Below are positions 54,349 through 63,043 of a stretch of DNA of 64,000 nucleotides, in pieces (positions within the stretch are counted from its first letter, which is position 1; every line of letters begins with the position of its first letter). The stretch is taken from the NCBI GenBank assembly GCA_036268295.1, contig DATAUK010000042.1, positions 14,941 through 78,940 on the forward strand, given 5' to 3'. The notes under the pieces were generated by a model. That model saw only the letters and a program-made list of their open reading frames with translations, was not told the origin of the DNA and made no database searches. The position numbers and the translations under genes were made by a program. The DNA comes from Mycobacteriales bacterium. GTDB taxonomy: Bacteria > Actinomycetota > Actinomycetes > JAFAQI01.

Positions 54349-55275
54349 GTGGCGTACCGCTCAGCACCCGCCGCCGGGATCGGACTGGCAACCTACGACC
54401 GCTCCGGCCGACTGCTCGACGCCTGGTTTCCGGCGCCCGCTCTCACCGCTTCGCCGGAGGCACCGGCGATAGCGCTGAAACCGATCGTCGACGAGCTCCG
54501 CGCCGTTAAGGCTGAACCGATCGAGACCCGGATCGCGGATCTGTCCGGCCCGCCTGCTGACGCCGCCGACGTGTACCTGCGACTGCATCTGCTCTCGCAT
54601 CGGTTGATCCGCCCGCACGACGCCAACCTCGATGGCATCTTCGGGCTGCTCACCAACGTCGCGTGGACCTCGCTGGGCCCGATCGCCGCCGAGGAGGCCG
54701 ACGCTGTGCGGCTCCGGGCGCGTCACGCCGGCGTACGGCTCGAGGTTTATGGCGTGGACAAGTTCCCGCGGATGACCGACTACGTCGTACCGGCCGGCGT
54801 GCGGATCGCCGACGCCGACCGGGTCCGGCTCGGCGCCTATCTCGCGGTCGGCACCACCGTCATGCACGAGGGCTTCGTCAACTTCAACGCCGGAACCCTC
54901 GGTACGTCGATGGTTGAGGGCCGACTCTCGGCCGGCGTGGTCGTCGGCGACGGCACCGACGTCGGTGGTGGTTCCTCGATCATCGGGACGCTGTCCGGTG
55001 GTGGCCAGATCCAGGTGTCGCTCGGCGAGCGCTGCCTGCTCGGCGCAAACGCCGGCATCGGCATCCCGCTCGGTGACGAGTGCGTCGTCGAGGCCGGCTG
55101 TTACATCACCGCTGGTGTCAAGCTGCTGCTCCCCGACGGGCAGGTCGTTAAGGCACGGGATCTGGCCGGGGTCAGCAACATGCTGTTCTGGCGCAACAGC
55201 ACGACCGGCGCGCTCGAAGCACGGCCGCGCAGCGGCTCGTGGGGCGGTCTGAACGCCGCACTCCACGCGCAGTGA
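54349..55275 (+). CDS. dapD: 2,3,4,5-tetrahydropyridine-2,6-dicarboxylate N-succinyltransferase
   Basis: Actinobacterial long-form DapD with a hexapeptide-repeat C-terminal half (GVVVGDGTDVGGGSSIIGTLSGGG...). GTG start at 54349. Confidence 0.85.
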   Translation: MAYRSAPAAGIGLATYDRSGRLLDAWFPAPALTASPEAPAIALKPIVDELRAVKAEPIETRIADLSGPPADAADVYLRLHLLSHRLIRPHDANLDGIFGLLTNVAWTSLGPIAAEEADAVRLRARHAGVRLEVYGVDKFPRMTDYVVPAGVRIADADRVRLGAYLAVGTTVMHEGFVNFNAGTLGTSMVEGRLSAGVVVGDGTDVGGGSSIIGTLSGGGQIQVSLGERCLLGANAGIGIPLGDECVVEAGCYITAGVKLLLPDGQVVKARDLAGVSNMLFWRNSTTGALEARPRSGSWGGLNAALHAQ

Positions 55276-55314
55276 CGGCCACGCCACTCGCGCTCCCGGC
55301 TAGCCCCCACCGTT

Positions 55315-55358
55315 GTGTCAGAAGCACTGGGCGCGCGAGCGCCCGGTGCTTCTGACAC
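55315..55358. terminator. strong hairpin between convergent dapD and carbonic anhydrase genes
   Basis: GTGTCAGAAGCACTGGGCGC-gcga-GCGCCCGGTGCTTCTGACAC: 20-bp stem (one G-U) with a 4-nt loop. Confidence 0.6.
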
Positions 55359-55397
55359 GTTCCAACCCCCGAGCCTGGCCGGCGATTGCCAGAAGGG

Positions 55398-55886
55398 CTA
55401 GGAAACCTCGCGGAGCCGGCCGGTCTCGACATCCAGGATGAAGCCACGGATCTGGTCGGTGTGGGGGACGAACTTCGAGGACTTGATCCGCTCGATCGAG
55501 CTCCGGACGTCTGCATCGATGTCGGTGAACGACTCGGCGGCCCATCCCGGCTCCTCGCCGGTGTCGGCCTTGATGCTGCTCGCGAAGTCCTGGTCATTGA
55601 ACGTCAGCATGCCGCAGTCGCTGTGGTGGACCAGCACGATCTCCCGGGTGCCGAGCAGCCGTTGGCTGATCGCGAGGGAGCGGATCACGTCGTCGGTGAC
55701 GACGCCACCGGCGTTGCGGAGGAGGTGCACGTCGCCCTCATGCAGGCCGAGCGCGCCGTAGAGGTTGACCCTGGCGTCCATGCAGGCGAGTACGGCGGCG
55801 GGCTTGGCGGGCGCCATCGGCCACGGACCTGGGAAGTTCGCGGCGTAGTTCTCGTTGTTGGCCACCAGCTCGTCAGTGACGGACAT
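55398..55886 (-). CDS. beta-class carbonic anhydrase
   Basis: Zinc-ligand motifs CMDARV and HSDCGM. 162 aa. GAGAGAGG lies 7 nt upstream of ATG 55886. Confidence 0.85.
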   Translation of the reverse strand: MSVTDELVANNENYAANFPGPWPMAPAKPAAVLACMDARVNLYGALGLHEGDVHLLRNAGGVVTDDVIRSLAISQRLLGTREIVLVHHSDCGMLTFNDQDFASSIKADTGEEPGWAAESFTDIDADVRSSIERIKSSKFVPHTDQIRGFILDVETGRLREVS

Positions 55887-55991
55887 CGGTTTACCTCTCT
55901 CGATCGTCGGTCTAATAGTTGAGTAACTAACTAGGCTTAATCGACCCTACTGCGCTTCAAGGCAGGCGCCCGAACAGCCGACGTAAAGCGA

Positions 55992-58900
55992 ATGGGCCGT
56001 CGCTGGACATCGCGCGCGCTCGTTGCGGGGGTCGTGGCCGCGACGGCGTGCCTGCTCGCTGTGCCATCCGCGGACGCGGCGGTGACCTTCACGGTCTATT
56101 CGTCCTTTCCCAGCACGATGGCCGTCGGCGCCACCGGCCTGGCCGGGCAGCTGACCATCGCCAACAACTCGACTTCGCCTGAGGGCACCAGCACGGTCAC
56201 GCTGACGGCGATTGACCTGGTCCCCTCATGTGGCTCCACAACGGCTCCGGGCGGGGTCTGCCAGTCCGCCGACCCCGGCGTGTTCCAAGTGGGTGCGGCC
56301 GGCACCGGCGAGGCCGGCACCGGCTGCCCCGGGACCACCTTCACGACCTCGATCGTAGATAGCACCACCGGCGAGGTCTCCTTCACGCCCACTACTACCG
56401 TGACCCTCGCCGCCAACGGCCCGCCGACAGCGCAGTGCGTGATCGACTTCACCTTCAGCGTGCTCAAGGCACCCAGCAAAGACGCCAGCACCAGCGCACC
56501 CGGGCTGCAGACCGCGCAGATCTCATCCGCCAGTGGCACCGCGACGAGCGATTCTGCGACCGGGCTCTCGACGACCAGCGCGGTCACCACCGTCACGAAG
56601 GCCGTCACCGCGCTCAGCGCGCAAGCATCCGGCAGTACCACGCTGGGCAACTCGATCTCCGACTCCGCAACACTCTCGGGGGGCTCGAGCCCCACCGGAA
56701 CAATGACGTTCAAGGCGTACGGCGCCGACGACGCCACTTGCACCCAGCCAGCGGTGGCCACCGTGACGGCGACCGTGTCGGGCAACGGCGGCTACTCGTC
56801 CGGGCCGTTCACTCCGACGTCGATCGGCACTTACCACTGGATCGCGTCGTACGGCGGTGACGCCAAGAATGCCACCGCCGGCCCCACCAGCTGCACCGCC
56901 ACGGGCAGCTCCGTCGTGGTGACCCAGGCGGTTACGACCCTCACCGCGCGAGCCTCGGGGGCGGTCGGGCTCGGCGGCGTGCTGACCGACTCCGCAACAC
57001 TGGCGGGTGGCGTCGGCGCGAGCGGGACCGTCACCTTTCACGCCTACGGCCCGGACGACGCCAGCTGCGGTGATGCCGCGGCCTACACCTCAACCGCCCT
57101 CGTCAACGGCAACGGCACGTTGAGCTCGGGTTCGTTCACACCGACCCGCGCCGGTACGTACCGCTGGACAGCGACGTACGGCGGTGATCCGAACAACCTG
57201 AGCTCGACCACCAACTGCAACGACGCCAACCAGTCAGCGACGGTCCTCACGACGACCCCGACCACTATCTCCACCCAGGCGTCGGCGACCGTCGTCGTGG
57301 GCGGTCAGATCTCGGACACCGCGACGCTGTCAGGTGGCGCGAGCCCGACCGGAACCATCACGTTTGACGGCTACGCCCCGGGCGACACCAGCTGCTCGAA
57401 CACCCCCGCGTTCACCGCCACCAAGAATGTCGCCGGCAACGGCACCGTCAGCTCGGGCACGTTCACCGCCGCGACCGCCGGCACTTACCGCTGGACCGCC
57501 ACCTACAGCGGCGACACCAACAACGCGCCCTCATCGACCAGCTGCAACGACGCCCACAGCACCACGGTCGTCAGCCAGGCGACACCCACCACCACCAACC
57601 AAGCCTCCGGCACGGTCTCGGTGGGGAACACGGTCTCGGACACCGCGACGCTGTCCGGCGGCGCGAACCCAACCGGAACCGTCACCTTCGACCTCTACGG
57701 CTCGGGCGACACCAGCTGCTCGAAGACCCCCGCGTTCACCGCCAGCAAGAACGTCACCGGCAACGGCACGGTCAGCTCGGGGACGTTCACCGCCGCGACC
57801 GCCGGCACCTATCGCTGGACCGCGGCCTACAGCGGCGACACCAACAACGCGGGCTCCGCCACGAGCTGCAATTCCGCACACAGCACCACGACCGTCAGCC
57901 AGGCGACACCCACCATCACCAACCAAGGCTCTGGCACGGTCTCGGTGGGGAGCACGGTCTCGGACACCGCGACGCTGTCTGGCGGCGCGAACCCAACCGG
58001 AACCGTCACCTTCGACCTCTACGGCCCGAACGACGCCTCCTGCTCGACCACGCCGGTGTTCAGCGCCACCAAGAACGTTGCGGGCAACGGCGACCTGAGC
58101 TCGGGCACCTTCGCGCCGACAACGCCCGGCACCTACCGCTGGATCGCGACTTACGGCGGCGACTACAGCAACGCCGGCTCCGCCACCAACTGCACCGACC
58201 CCGACGGATCGGTGACGGTCTTGGCGCCGTCGGTCACCTCACTCACGTCGCAAGCCACCGCCACCGTCACGCTGGGAAGCCCGATCTCAGACACTGCTTC
58301 GCTCGCCGGCGGCAGCAATCCCACCGGCAAGGTCACCTTCGATGCCTACGGCCCTGGTGACGGCAGCTGCGCTCAGGCACCGGCCTTCACCTCGAGCGCC
58401 TCGGTCTCGGGTGACGGCGACTATCCGTCCGGGTCCTTCACCGCTACCGTGCCCGGCACCTACCGCTGGGTCGCGGCGTACGGCGGCGACGCCGACAACG
58501 ATGCGTCGGCGTCGGGCTGCAACGACCCAGGTGTCACGAGCGTCGTCAGCCCGGCAACCAGCACGGTTGCCCTCACGATGTCCGCCTCGACCTCGACGTA
58601 CGGCGATGAGCGGGCCGAGCTGTTGTCGGTCACAGTGCCCGCAACCTCCTCCGATGCGGCCCCGACCGGCACGGTCAAGGTCAGCGAGTCCGCAACCACG
58701 CTGTGCTCGCTCACGTTGAACGCGGGCAGCGGCTCCTGCCGGCTCGCCAACACCCAGCTTCACGCCGGCAGCTATCACCTAGTCGCCTCATTCGCCGGCG
58801 ACGCCGCCTCAAGCGCCTCGACCTCGGCCTCGAAGCGCCTGGAGATCGCCAGGGCGAAAGCGACGCTCGCCCTCACGCTGTCCCATGTCAAGCTCCGGTT

Positions 58901-59165
58901 CGGTCACGAGCAGGTAGAGCGGCTGTCGGTCACGACGAGCGGAACCGTCCTCATCGGCCACGTGACCATCAGGGCCGGCGCCAAGACGCTCTGCACGATC
59001 TCGCTCGCGGCAGGCAAGGGCAGCTGCCGGTTGACGAAGGACAAGCTGCGGCCCGGAAAGCACCCGCTGGTCGCGCACTACAACGGTAGCGCCAACCTCA
59101 CTGCATCGACCTCAGCCAAGAAATCGGTCACGGTCCACAAACGCTCCCGGCCCCAACCGAAGTAG
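55992..59165 (+). CDS. secreted Ig-like domain repeat protein
   Basis: Signal peptide MGRRWTSRALVAGVVAATACLLAVPSADA. An N-terminal domain of about 170 aa, six ~108-aa units with the motif G-T-Y-R/H-W-x-A-x-Y-x-G-D and two conserved Cys, then two Big_3_5-like units (GSYHLVASFAGDAASSAS; GKHPLVAHYNGSANLTAS). Confidence 0.8.
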   Translation: MGRRWTSRALVAGVVAATACLLAVPSADAAVTFTVYSSFPSTMAVGATGLAGQLTIANNSTSPEGTSTVTLTAIDLVPSCGSTTAPGGVCQSADPGVFQVGAAGTGEAGTGCPGTTFTTSIVDSTTGEVSFTPTTTVTLAANGPPTAQCVIDFTFSVLKAPSKDASTSAPGLQTAQISSASGTATSDSATGLSTTSAVTTVTKAVTALSAQASGSTTLGNSISDSATLSGGSSPTGTMTFKAYGADDATCTQPAVATVTATVSGNGGYSSGPFTPTSIGTYHWIASYGGDAKNATAGPTSCTATGSSVVVTQAVTTLTARASGAVGLGGVLTDSATLAGGVGASGTVTFHAYGPDDASCGDAAAYTSTALVNGNGTLSSGSFTPTRAGTYRWTATYGGDPNNLSSTTNCNDANQSATVLTTTPTTISTQASATVVVGGQISDTATLSGGASPTGTITFDGYAPGDTSCSNTPAFTATKNVAGNGTVSSGTFTAATAGTYRWTATYSGDTNNAPSSTSCNDAHSTTVVSQATPTTTNQASGTVSVGNTVSDTATLSGGANPTGTVTFDLYGSGDTSCSKTPAFTASKNVTGNGTVSSGTFTAATAGTYRWTAAYSGDTNNAGSATSCNSAHSTTTVSQATPTITNQGSGTVSVGSTVSDTATLSGGANPTGTVTFDLYGPNDASCSTTPVFSATKNVAGNGDLSSGTFAPTTPGTYRWIATYGGDYSNAGSATNCTDPDGSVTVLAPSVTSLTSQATATVTLGSPISDTASLAGGSNPTGKVTFDAYGPGDGSCAQAPAFTSSASVSGDGDYPSGSFTATVPGTYRWVAAYGGDADNDASASGCNDPGVTSVVSPATSTVALTMSASTSTYGDERAELLSVTVPATSSDAAPTGTVKVSESATTLCSLTLNAGSGSCRLANTQLHAGSYHLVASFAGDAASSASTSASKRLEIARAKATLALTLSHVKLRFGHEQVERLSVTTSGTVLIGHVTIRAGAKTLCTISLAAGKGSCRLTKDKLRPGKHPLVAHYNGSANLTASTSAKKSVTVHKRSRPQPK
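56592..58541 (+). repeat. six tandem ~324-bp coding repeats (Ig-like units)
   Basis: By hand count the units start at 56592, 56919, 57243, 57567, 57891 and 58215. Units 3-5 share about three-quarters of residues by hand alignment. Their 3' halves show near-identical DNA stretches, e.g. ...ggcaacggcac.gtcagctcggg.acgttcaccgccgcgaccgccggcac.ta.cgctggaccgc... Confidence 0.8.
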
Positions 59166-59238
59166 CACACAACGTCGCCCGCCATGCCGGGTTCCTACGC
59201 TCGCAGGCTCAACTCGCGCGCGAGCTTCGATCACGCTG

Positions 59239-59261
59239 TGCGCTACATCGGTCGTAGCGCA
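59239..59261. terminator. weak hairpin between convergent genes
   Basis: TGCGCTAC-atcggtc-GTAGCGCA: 8-bp stem with a 7-nt loop, between stops at 59165 (+) and 59269 (-). Confidence 0.3.
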
Positions 59262-59268
59262 GCGTCAA

Positions 59269-60354
59269 TCAATTGACGGCGGCGCCGAGGCGCGCGACCG
59301 CCGTGGCGATCCGCTCGTCGGTCGCGGTCAACGCGAACCGGACGTGCTGCGCACCCCCGACGCCGTAGAACGCCCCCGGCGCGACCAGGATGCCGAGCCC
59401 GCAGAGCCGGCCGACGGTGTCCCAGCAGGACTCGTTGCGGCTGGCCCACAGATACAGTCCCGCCTCGGAGTCGTCGACCTCGAAGCCCGCCGCCTGCAAC
59501 GCGGCAAGCAACGAGGTACGACGGGCGGCGTAGCGCGAGCGCTGCTCGATGACGTGGTCATCGTCGCCGAGTGCCGCGATCATCGCCGCCTGCACCGGTC
59601 CGGGCACGATCATGCCGAGGTGCTTGCGCACGTCTCGCAGCGCCGAGATCACCGTCGGGTCGCCGGCAACGAAACCGGCGCGATAGCCGGCGAGATTGGA
59701 GCGCTTGGACAACGAATGCACCGCAAGCAGGCCTCGGTGGTCACCGTCACAGACTTCCGGTGACAACACCGAGGCGGGTCGCTCGTCGCCGTAGTAGATG
59801 TCGGCGTAGCACTCGTCGCTGGCGAGAAGCGTGCCTCGCTCGCGCGCCCACGCGACCAGCTTGCGCAGATGATCGACCGGCAGCACCCGGCCGGTCGGGT
59901 TCGACGGCGAGTTGATCCACAGCACGTCAAGACGCTGCGGGCCGACCGACAGCGTCGAGTCGACCGCCATCGCACTGGCGCCGACGAACTGAGCGCCGAC
60001 GGCGTACGTCGGGTAGGCAAGCGCGGGGTAGCCGACGCTGCGGCTCTCGAGCAAGGTCGGAAGCCAGGCGATCAGCTCCTTGGTGCCGATGACCGGCAGC
60101 ACCTCATCGGGCGCCAGCGTGGCGCCGAACCGGCGCGAGAGCCAGCCGGCAATGGCCTCGCGGAGCGCGACGGAGCCGGCGGTCAGCGGATAGCCGGGTG
60201 AGTCGGCCGCGTCGGCGAGCGCCCGGGTGATGATCGCCGGCGTCGGGTCGACCGGGGTGCCGATCGACAGGTCGACGATCCCGTCCGGATGGGCTCGCGC
60301 GATCTCTGCCTGGGGCGCGAGGGTGTCCCAGGGGAAATCGGGAAGGGCTCTCAC
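59269..60354 (-). CDS. dapC: succinyldiaminopimelate transaminase
   Basis: LPDFPWDTLAP N-terminus, class I aminotransferase fold, and SLSKRSNLAGYRAG PLP-lysine motif. The GTG start overlaps the fdxA stop as GTGA. Confidence 0.85.
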   Translation of the reverse strand: MRALPDFPWDTLAPQAEIARAHPDGIVDLSIGTPVDPTPAIITRALADAADSPGYPLTAGSVALREAIAGWLSRRFGATLAPDEVLPVIGTKELIAWLPTLLESRSVGYPALAYPTYAVGAQFVGASAMAVDSTLSVGPQRLDVLWINSPSNPTGRVLPVDHLRKLVAWARERGTLLASDECYADIYYGDERPASVLSPEVCDGDHRGLLAVHSLSKRSNLAGYRAGFVAGDPTVISALRDVRKHLGMIVPGPVQAAMIAALGDDDHVIEQRSRYAARRTSLLAALQAAGFEVDDSEAGLYLWASRNESCWDTVGRLCGLGILVAPGAFYGVGGAQHVRFALTATDERIATAVARLGAAVN

Positions 60355-60683
60355 CCCTCCGCTTTTTCACCCATCGGAGGCAATGCCGCGACGAACGGAT
60401 GGTCCTTGTCGATCTTGCCGGTCTTGGATGCGCCGCCCGGCGAGCCGAGATCGTCGAAGAACTCGACGTTGGCCTTGTAGTAGTCCTTCCACTGCTCAGG
60501 CGTGTCGTCTTCGTAGAAGATCGCCTCGACCGGGCAGACCGGCTCGCACGCACCGCAGTCCACGCATTCGTCAGGGTGGATGTAGAGCATCCGGTTGCCC
60601 TCGTAGATGCAGTCGACGGGGCATTCCTCGATGCACGACTTGTCGAGCAGATCAACGCACGGCTCGGCGATGACGTAGGTCAC
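60351..60683 (-). CDS. fdxA: 7Fe ferredoxin (3Fe-4S + 4Fe-4S)
   Basis: MTYVIAEPCVDLLDKSCIEECPVDCIYEG...CVDCGACEPVCP cluster motifs. GGGAGGA lies upstream. Confidence 0.9.
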   Translation of the reverse strand: MTYVIAEPCVDLLDKSCIEECPVDCIYEGNRMLYIHPDECVDCGACEPVCPVEAIFYEDDTPEQWKDYYKANVEFFDDLGSPGGASKTGKIDKDHPFVAALPPMGEKAEG

Positions 60684-60735
60684 GGTTCCAATCCTCCCTG
60701 ATGGTGACTTCTAGTATCGCGATCACAACAGCCTG

Positions 60736-61710
60736 ATGCGAACCCGGGAGTCGTCTGTGGCGTTCATGCCGCCTGACCAGCTCGCCGTTGGGACCACCGT
60801 CACACTCCGCGTGGAGACACCGGTCGGCCCGATCGGCGTCGTCGGCGTGCTCGTCGGTGTCGAAGCTGACACCTGGTCAGTACGCCGCCGCGACGGCTCG
60901 ACCAGCATCCTCAACGTCGCCTCAATCACCGCCTGCCGAGTCGTCCCGCCGCCACGCTCGACGCTGGCAAGCGTCGACGAGGTGGAGCGAATGGGCGCGC
61001 TGGGCTGGCGCGGCCTCGACCAGTGCACGCTCGGCGAGTGGCTGCTCCGAGCCAGCAGCGGCTTCACCAGCCGGGGCAACTCGGCCCTCGCGCTCGGCGA
61101 TCCCGGGACCGATCTCGAACCTGCGATCGACCAGGTCGAGCAGTGGTACACCGAACGCGGGTTGCCCGCCCGGATCCAGCTCACCAGCCGCGACGCGCCG
61201 GCCGGGCTCTCGGACGCGCTCGACCGGCGCGGCTGGACGACATCGCCGACGGTGCACACAATGACCGCCGAGCTGGGTCATGTGCTGCGCGCGGCGACCG
61301 CAACGACCGACCTCGACGTGCGGGTCGACGAGACCCCGGATGCCGGCTGGATCTCCTGCTACGCGCGCGTCACCGACGCACTGCTGCCGACCGCGCGGGC
61401 GATCCTCACCAACCACCCGGCCGCGACGTTCGCCTCGGTACGGCGGGATGGCAAGAGCGTTGCAGTCGCGAGAGCCGCGGTCGATGATCGCTGGGCTGGC
61501 CTGTTCGCGGTCGAGGTGATGCCCGAGCACCGCGGACACGGGCTCGGCGAGGTGGTGAGCGCTGCGGCGCTGCGCGCGGCCGGGCAGCGCGGCGGCCGTC
61601 GTAGCTATCTGCAGGTCAGCACAGACAATGCGGCGGCGATCAGGTTGTACGAACGGCTCGGCTACACCGTCCACCACGACTACCTCTACCGCGAGATGGC
61701 CACCGGCTAG
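60736..61710 (+). CDS. GNAT-family N-acetyltransferase with N-terminal accessory domains
   Basis: C-terminal acetyl-CoA motif VMPEHRGHGLGEVVSAA...AAIRLYERLGY. Confidence 0.75.
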   Translation: MRTRESSVAFMPPDQLAVGTTVTLRVETPVGPIGVVGVLVGVEADTWSVRRRDGSTSILNVASITACRVVPPPRSTLASVDEVERMGALGWRGLDQCTLGEWLLRASSGFTSRGNSALALGDPGTDLEPAIDQVEQWYTERGLPARIQLTSRDAPAGLSDALDRRGWTTSPTVHTMTAELGHVLRAATATTDLDVRVDETPDAGWISCYARVTDALLPTARAILTNHPAATFASVRRDGKSVAVARAAVDDRWAGLFAVEVMPEHRGHGLGEVVSAAALRAAGQRGGRRSYLQVSTDNAAAIRLYERLGYTVHHDYLYREMATG

Positions 61711-63015
61711 CTACTTCTTCTTGTGGTGCTTGTGGACCGGGACCGGCTTGAGCGAGTTGCCCTTGCCGATCGAGGAACAGCCGTTGACGAACGGGGTCCC
61801 GGCGAATCGCGCCTGCAGGAACTCCAGCGCTGCCGGCTCGAACTCCAGCGCCGCTTCGGTGTGGTCGGCACCCTGATAGGTCGAGAACTGCACCGGCACA
61901 CCCTGGGTGCAGTACTCATGGGCGAGTCCCTCGACGTCCTTGGTCACCATCACGCCGTCACCGGTGCCGTCGGAGTCGCCGACACCCATGAACAGCGGGC
62001 CCTTCGGGTGACCCTTGGTGCTGCCCATCAGGAGCCGGTTGGCGATCCGGGCAAACGCCGGGATCGCGAAGAAGTGCTTGTAGCGCGGCCTGAGCAGCGA
62101 CTTGATCTTCAGGCCCGGGTAGTTGCCGAGGAACGCGCCGATGCACTCGTGGCGCACCTGTTTGGTGATCCGCTTGCCCTTCGCCGACAGGTACGGCGCC
62201 AGCTTCATGTCGAAGGCGCGGGTCAGCGAGACGAGTACGGCGGGAATGACGCCCGACCAGTCCTTGGAGCCGTTGATGTAGTTGGTGTTGTGAGCGAAGT
62301 CGACCGGGATCCCGCCCTCGGCGACACCGACGATGTTGAGCCCTGGCGCGTAGTGCGGCGCGAGCTCGCTGGCCCAATCCGCAGCGATCGCGCCGCCGCT
62401 GTAGCCGCTCAGCGCGACCTTGGTGCTGTGCGCAAGCTTGAGGTCCGACTCGGTCGCGCGGATGCCGTCGAGGGTCGCGGAGCCTGACTCCTGCCCGGCC
62501 GCCCAGTCGAGCTTCTCGCCTTCGTAGTCCGGGATGGTGACGATGTAGCCCTGGGTGAGGTAGCTCCCGATCAGGAGCTCTTCCTCGTTGGCCTGCGACT
62601 GGTTCGTCGAGCCAGGGTCGCCGCCGGCGAGGGTGTAGCTCGGGTCGCACTGGGAGCCGAGCGCGTCGTAGAAGCTCAGATAGGTCAGGATGCGCGGCGC
62701 GACCGTGGCAGTCGGCGGCTTGAGCACGGTCGTCACCGTGACTGCCGGCTTGCCGCGCTCGTTCCGGGTCCGGTAGAGCAGCTGGTCGGCGCTGATCGGC
62801 GACGAGCTGCCGTTGATCGCCACCTTTACCACGCGCTTGTTCAGCACCGTCCCTGGCGCGATCTTCGCGAGTGGCTTATGACCGGTGTAGGTGTAGAACG
62901 GGTCCTTCGTCGGCAGAGCCCGACCGGCGGCCGCGCCTACTGGCGAGGAGCCCAGCAGGGTGGCGGAGCCGACCAACAGAATTCCGACGAACAGGCACGA
63001 TCGACGTATCAGCAT
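61711..63015 (-). CDS. secretory lipase (LIP family, alpha/beta hydrolase)
   Basis: Signal peptide MLIRRSCLFVGILLVGSATLLG. DPFYTYTG motif, nucleophile elbow GYSGGA, and overall LIP-family layout. Confidence 0.75.
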   Translation of the reverse strand: MLIRRSCLFVGILLVGSATLLGSSPVGAAAGRALPTKDPFYTYTGHKPLAKIAPGTVLNKRVVKVAINGSSSPISADQLLYRTRNERGKPAVTVTTVLKPPTATVAPRILTYLSFYDALGSQCDPSYTLAGGDPGSTNQSQANEEELLIGSYLTQGYIVTIPDYEGEKLDWAAGQESGSATLDGIRATESDLKLAHSTKVALSGYSGGAIAADWASELAPHYAPGLNIVGVAEGGIPVDFAHNTNYINGSKDWSGVIPAVLVSLTRAFDMKLAPYLSAKGKRITKQVRHECIGAFLGNYPGLKIKSLLRPRYKHFFAIPAFARIANRLLMGSTKGHPKGPLFMGVGDSDGTGDGVMVTKDVEGLAHEYCTQGVPVQFSTYQGADHTEAALEFEPAALEFLQARFAGTPFVNGCSSIGKGNSLKPVPVHKHHKKK

Positions 63016-63043
63016 GCGGTATCTCTACCACCCAGCGCGGAAT

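Noticed and set aside
57334-58098. 254-aa Pro/Arg/Ala-rich ORF in an alternative frame of the Ig-repeat gene.
   Set aside because: It is the same strand in another frame within the tandem repeats. Its periodic PPRPP-like sequence just mirrors the DNA repeat, whereas the Ig-like frame has a signal peptide and domain logic.
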